From assembly GCA_036172245.1 (NCBI GenBank), contig JAYWIR010000044.1, positions 434,001 to 498,000 on the forward strand: a stretch of DNA of 64,000 bases. Reading direction: 5' to 3'. The stretch comes from Raillietiella orientalis (Eukaryota). The position numbers were made by a program, and so were the translations under genes. Of this stretch, positions 62,150 through 64,000 are shown piece by piece (position 1 is the stretch's first letter; every line of letters starts with the position of its first letter). The notes under the pieces were generated by a model, which saw only the letters and a list, made by a program, of their open reading frames with translations, did not search any database and was not told the DNA's origin.

Positions 62150-63630
62150 TTGTTGTGTCTCATCTCACAGGGCATCAAGAGTTCCTATATGTTCTTTCCA
62201 GAGTGTGACAGTCTGCCTCAGCTGGAAACCAATAAGCCACATCCGGTCTCGGTTGACAGTTTCCTGGGGAGGGTAAGCAGAATGCCGATTCTTCTTTTCC
62301 AGAGAGTTCCAGAATTGCAGGAGTTTCATGATAATCGCACTATATCAAGGATCCTTGCGAAGTATGATTTTCACTTCATCAGGATCTTTGTTATCGTCAT
62401 CATCGAAAACAGAAAGTCCAGAGGGCTCCAAGGGAGAAGACATTATCCTCAATTCTGTGGACACGAAGGATAATCTGACGCAGTGGTAAATAGCAATGTT
62501 CCAAAGCATTTTGGCGTTTGGATCTTTTATGGTCACCTGACGAATTCCCGGGTGGTGAAGGATGTATCGATTACCGCGTTTATTGGTGGAAGCTCTCTTT
62601 CAGGCATACTTTTTTCTTCGTTTTTCTTCGCCAATCTGTTTCGGAAGTTCTTTGCACAGGAAGAGTCCATCATCTCATTCACACCGTCAGGCTCACTAGA
62701 AACCCGTTAAAGACCCATTACCACCACTGCAACCACTAAATAGATGCATCGACCTCCAGCATTTGCAGATGCTTCTTTAAAGTGGTAGGTTAGTACTGTT
62801 CCTGCATTTGTTTTTCAAGTTTGTTCCTGCTTCCCGAGAGTTTTTTGAAGGAAGAATAGCACAGAGCCAGTTATCATTTTTGATGACATATTTACTTGAG
62901 TTGAAGATGTTACGAAGAGCAAGGAAGATCAGGTTGAACATCCTCTTTGACGGTATTTCTGATTTCAACTACTTTGCTCTGGAGCCATAGTTGCCTTCTT
63001 GGCGTAACCCTTAAGTGATTGCCAGCGATAATTATAAATGGTTTACTTTTCCAAGGATTAAAACCAGAAATACCCGTGGAATTGGGTTGTATATTATATG
63101 CTCCAATTGCTTCTTTTCCATCTTTAGGATTGGATCTTTTTTACAGCTGTGAGATAAAAAAAAGGACATGAATGGGGTTTTGAAAGCTAACAAAAAAGGA
63201 GCAAAGGAGCCGGTCCGGTTCATTATTCTTAACATTCATGGCCAAAAATTAATACAACAAAAATGATAAAAGATTTTATTGCATAATTAGTGGAAAAACA
63301 ACAAGAACCGAGGCATAGTTAAATAATCAAAAAACGCATACCAGTGGATCACACAGCATTTTATAAGCAACTTTTGCAGACTGTCTAAAAGGATGTTCTT
63401 AGGATATGAACACTGTTGCTAAATTTACGGAGCTTTTTGTCAACATGGCTGCAAAGTTTCAGGAAGTGACTGCTTTTGAGAAAATTCGATCTTCTCCAGT
63501 TTTAGTGTTTTCATCCGCCATTGTTTGTCCTGAATTGTGGTCTGCCGGTTGGTAAGCTGCATACCTTCGGAAACCCATTCTGCGGTTTCCACTACTGCCT
63601 CCAACACTGTGTGCTGCCATACACTATTTC
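62150..63630 (-). mobile_element. hAT transposase relic
   Basis: Correct order on the minus strand: NSVWQH (BED start), LPCSS*HLQL (C..H.LQL), ICKCWRSMHLF (TRWNS.YLM), LLQFWNSL...AYP and FP...LERTY (dimerisation domain). Confidence 0.55.
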
Positions 63631-64000
63631 CTTTTTGATTTTTTCATCCCATTTGGCTTCAGCTGCTCTCAACACCCTTTCGAGTCTCAAGCTCCATGGG
63701 CTCCTACAACAGTGGCTCGTGCTGATGCAAGTCAACTTGAAGTATTCACTCCTGTGTTTCCCTAGAGTCTCACAAAGCAGAGAAGTTGCTGCCTTAAGGG
63801 TCAAATGACCTCGAGTGTAGGTCGGGAGCCGCATGTATGAAACGCGTATACGCGAAACCTATGTGGTGCCGGTTAGTAGCTGCAAAGACGGTCCTCACCA
63901 ACGCAGTTCATGACCTTTGCATGGTCAACATGCTTTTCTGTCAGGAAAAGCCCATGTTGTGCGCCGGAGAGAGCTCAGATCAGCACTTGGCTTCTTTCTT

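Noticed and set aside
63828..63872. Group II intron domain V (GAGCCGCATG...)
   Set aside because: Length and bulge geometry do not fit and no other intron domains are visible; only a 12-bp palindrome, CGCGTATACGCG, is real.

Overview
Eukaryotic, repeat-dominated nuclear DNA. I found no intact protein-coding gene, RNA gene or CRISPR array. The window is a patchwork of short, heavily deleted relics: L1/Tx1-like LINEs (ORF1, AP endonuclease, RT and many zf-RVT plus 3'-UTR ends), hAT transposases, Ty3/gypsy fragments and PPR-like motifs. PPR debris, moderate GC and very short introns suggest a land plant such as the lycophyte Selaginella; this is inference only. Directly visible structure: a near-identical 2.7-kb inverted repeat (9225-11972 / 21167-23957), a duplicated composite LINE block (30407-31226 / 42386-43655, inverted), two minisatellites, a perfect 70-bp tandem duplication and a perfect 19-bp palindrome. 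The best candidate for something undescribed is the LINE family. About ten 3' ends, mostly mutually divergent, share an AATAAA-like signal followed by a CCYGG-N5-CCRGG stem-loop and only a few A residues. One subfamily has about 700 nt of stacked GC hairpins, the family has a shared C-terminal extension after the zinc finger, and copies often abut other copies of the family. All protein assignments are by-eye motif recognition in degenerate sequence, and element boundaries are approximate.
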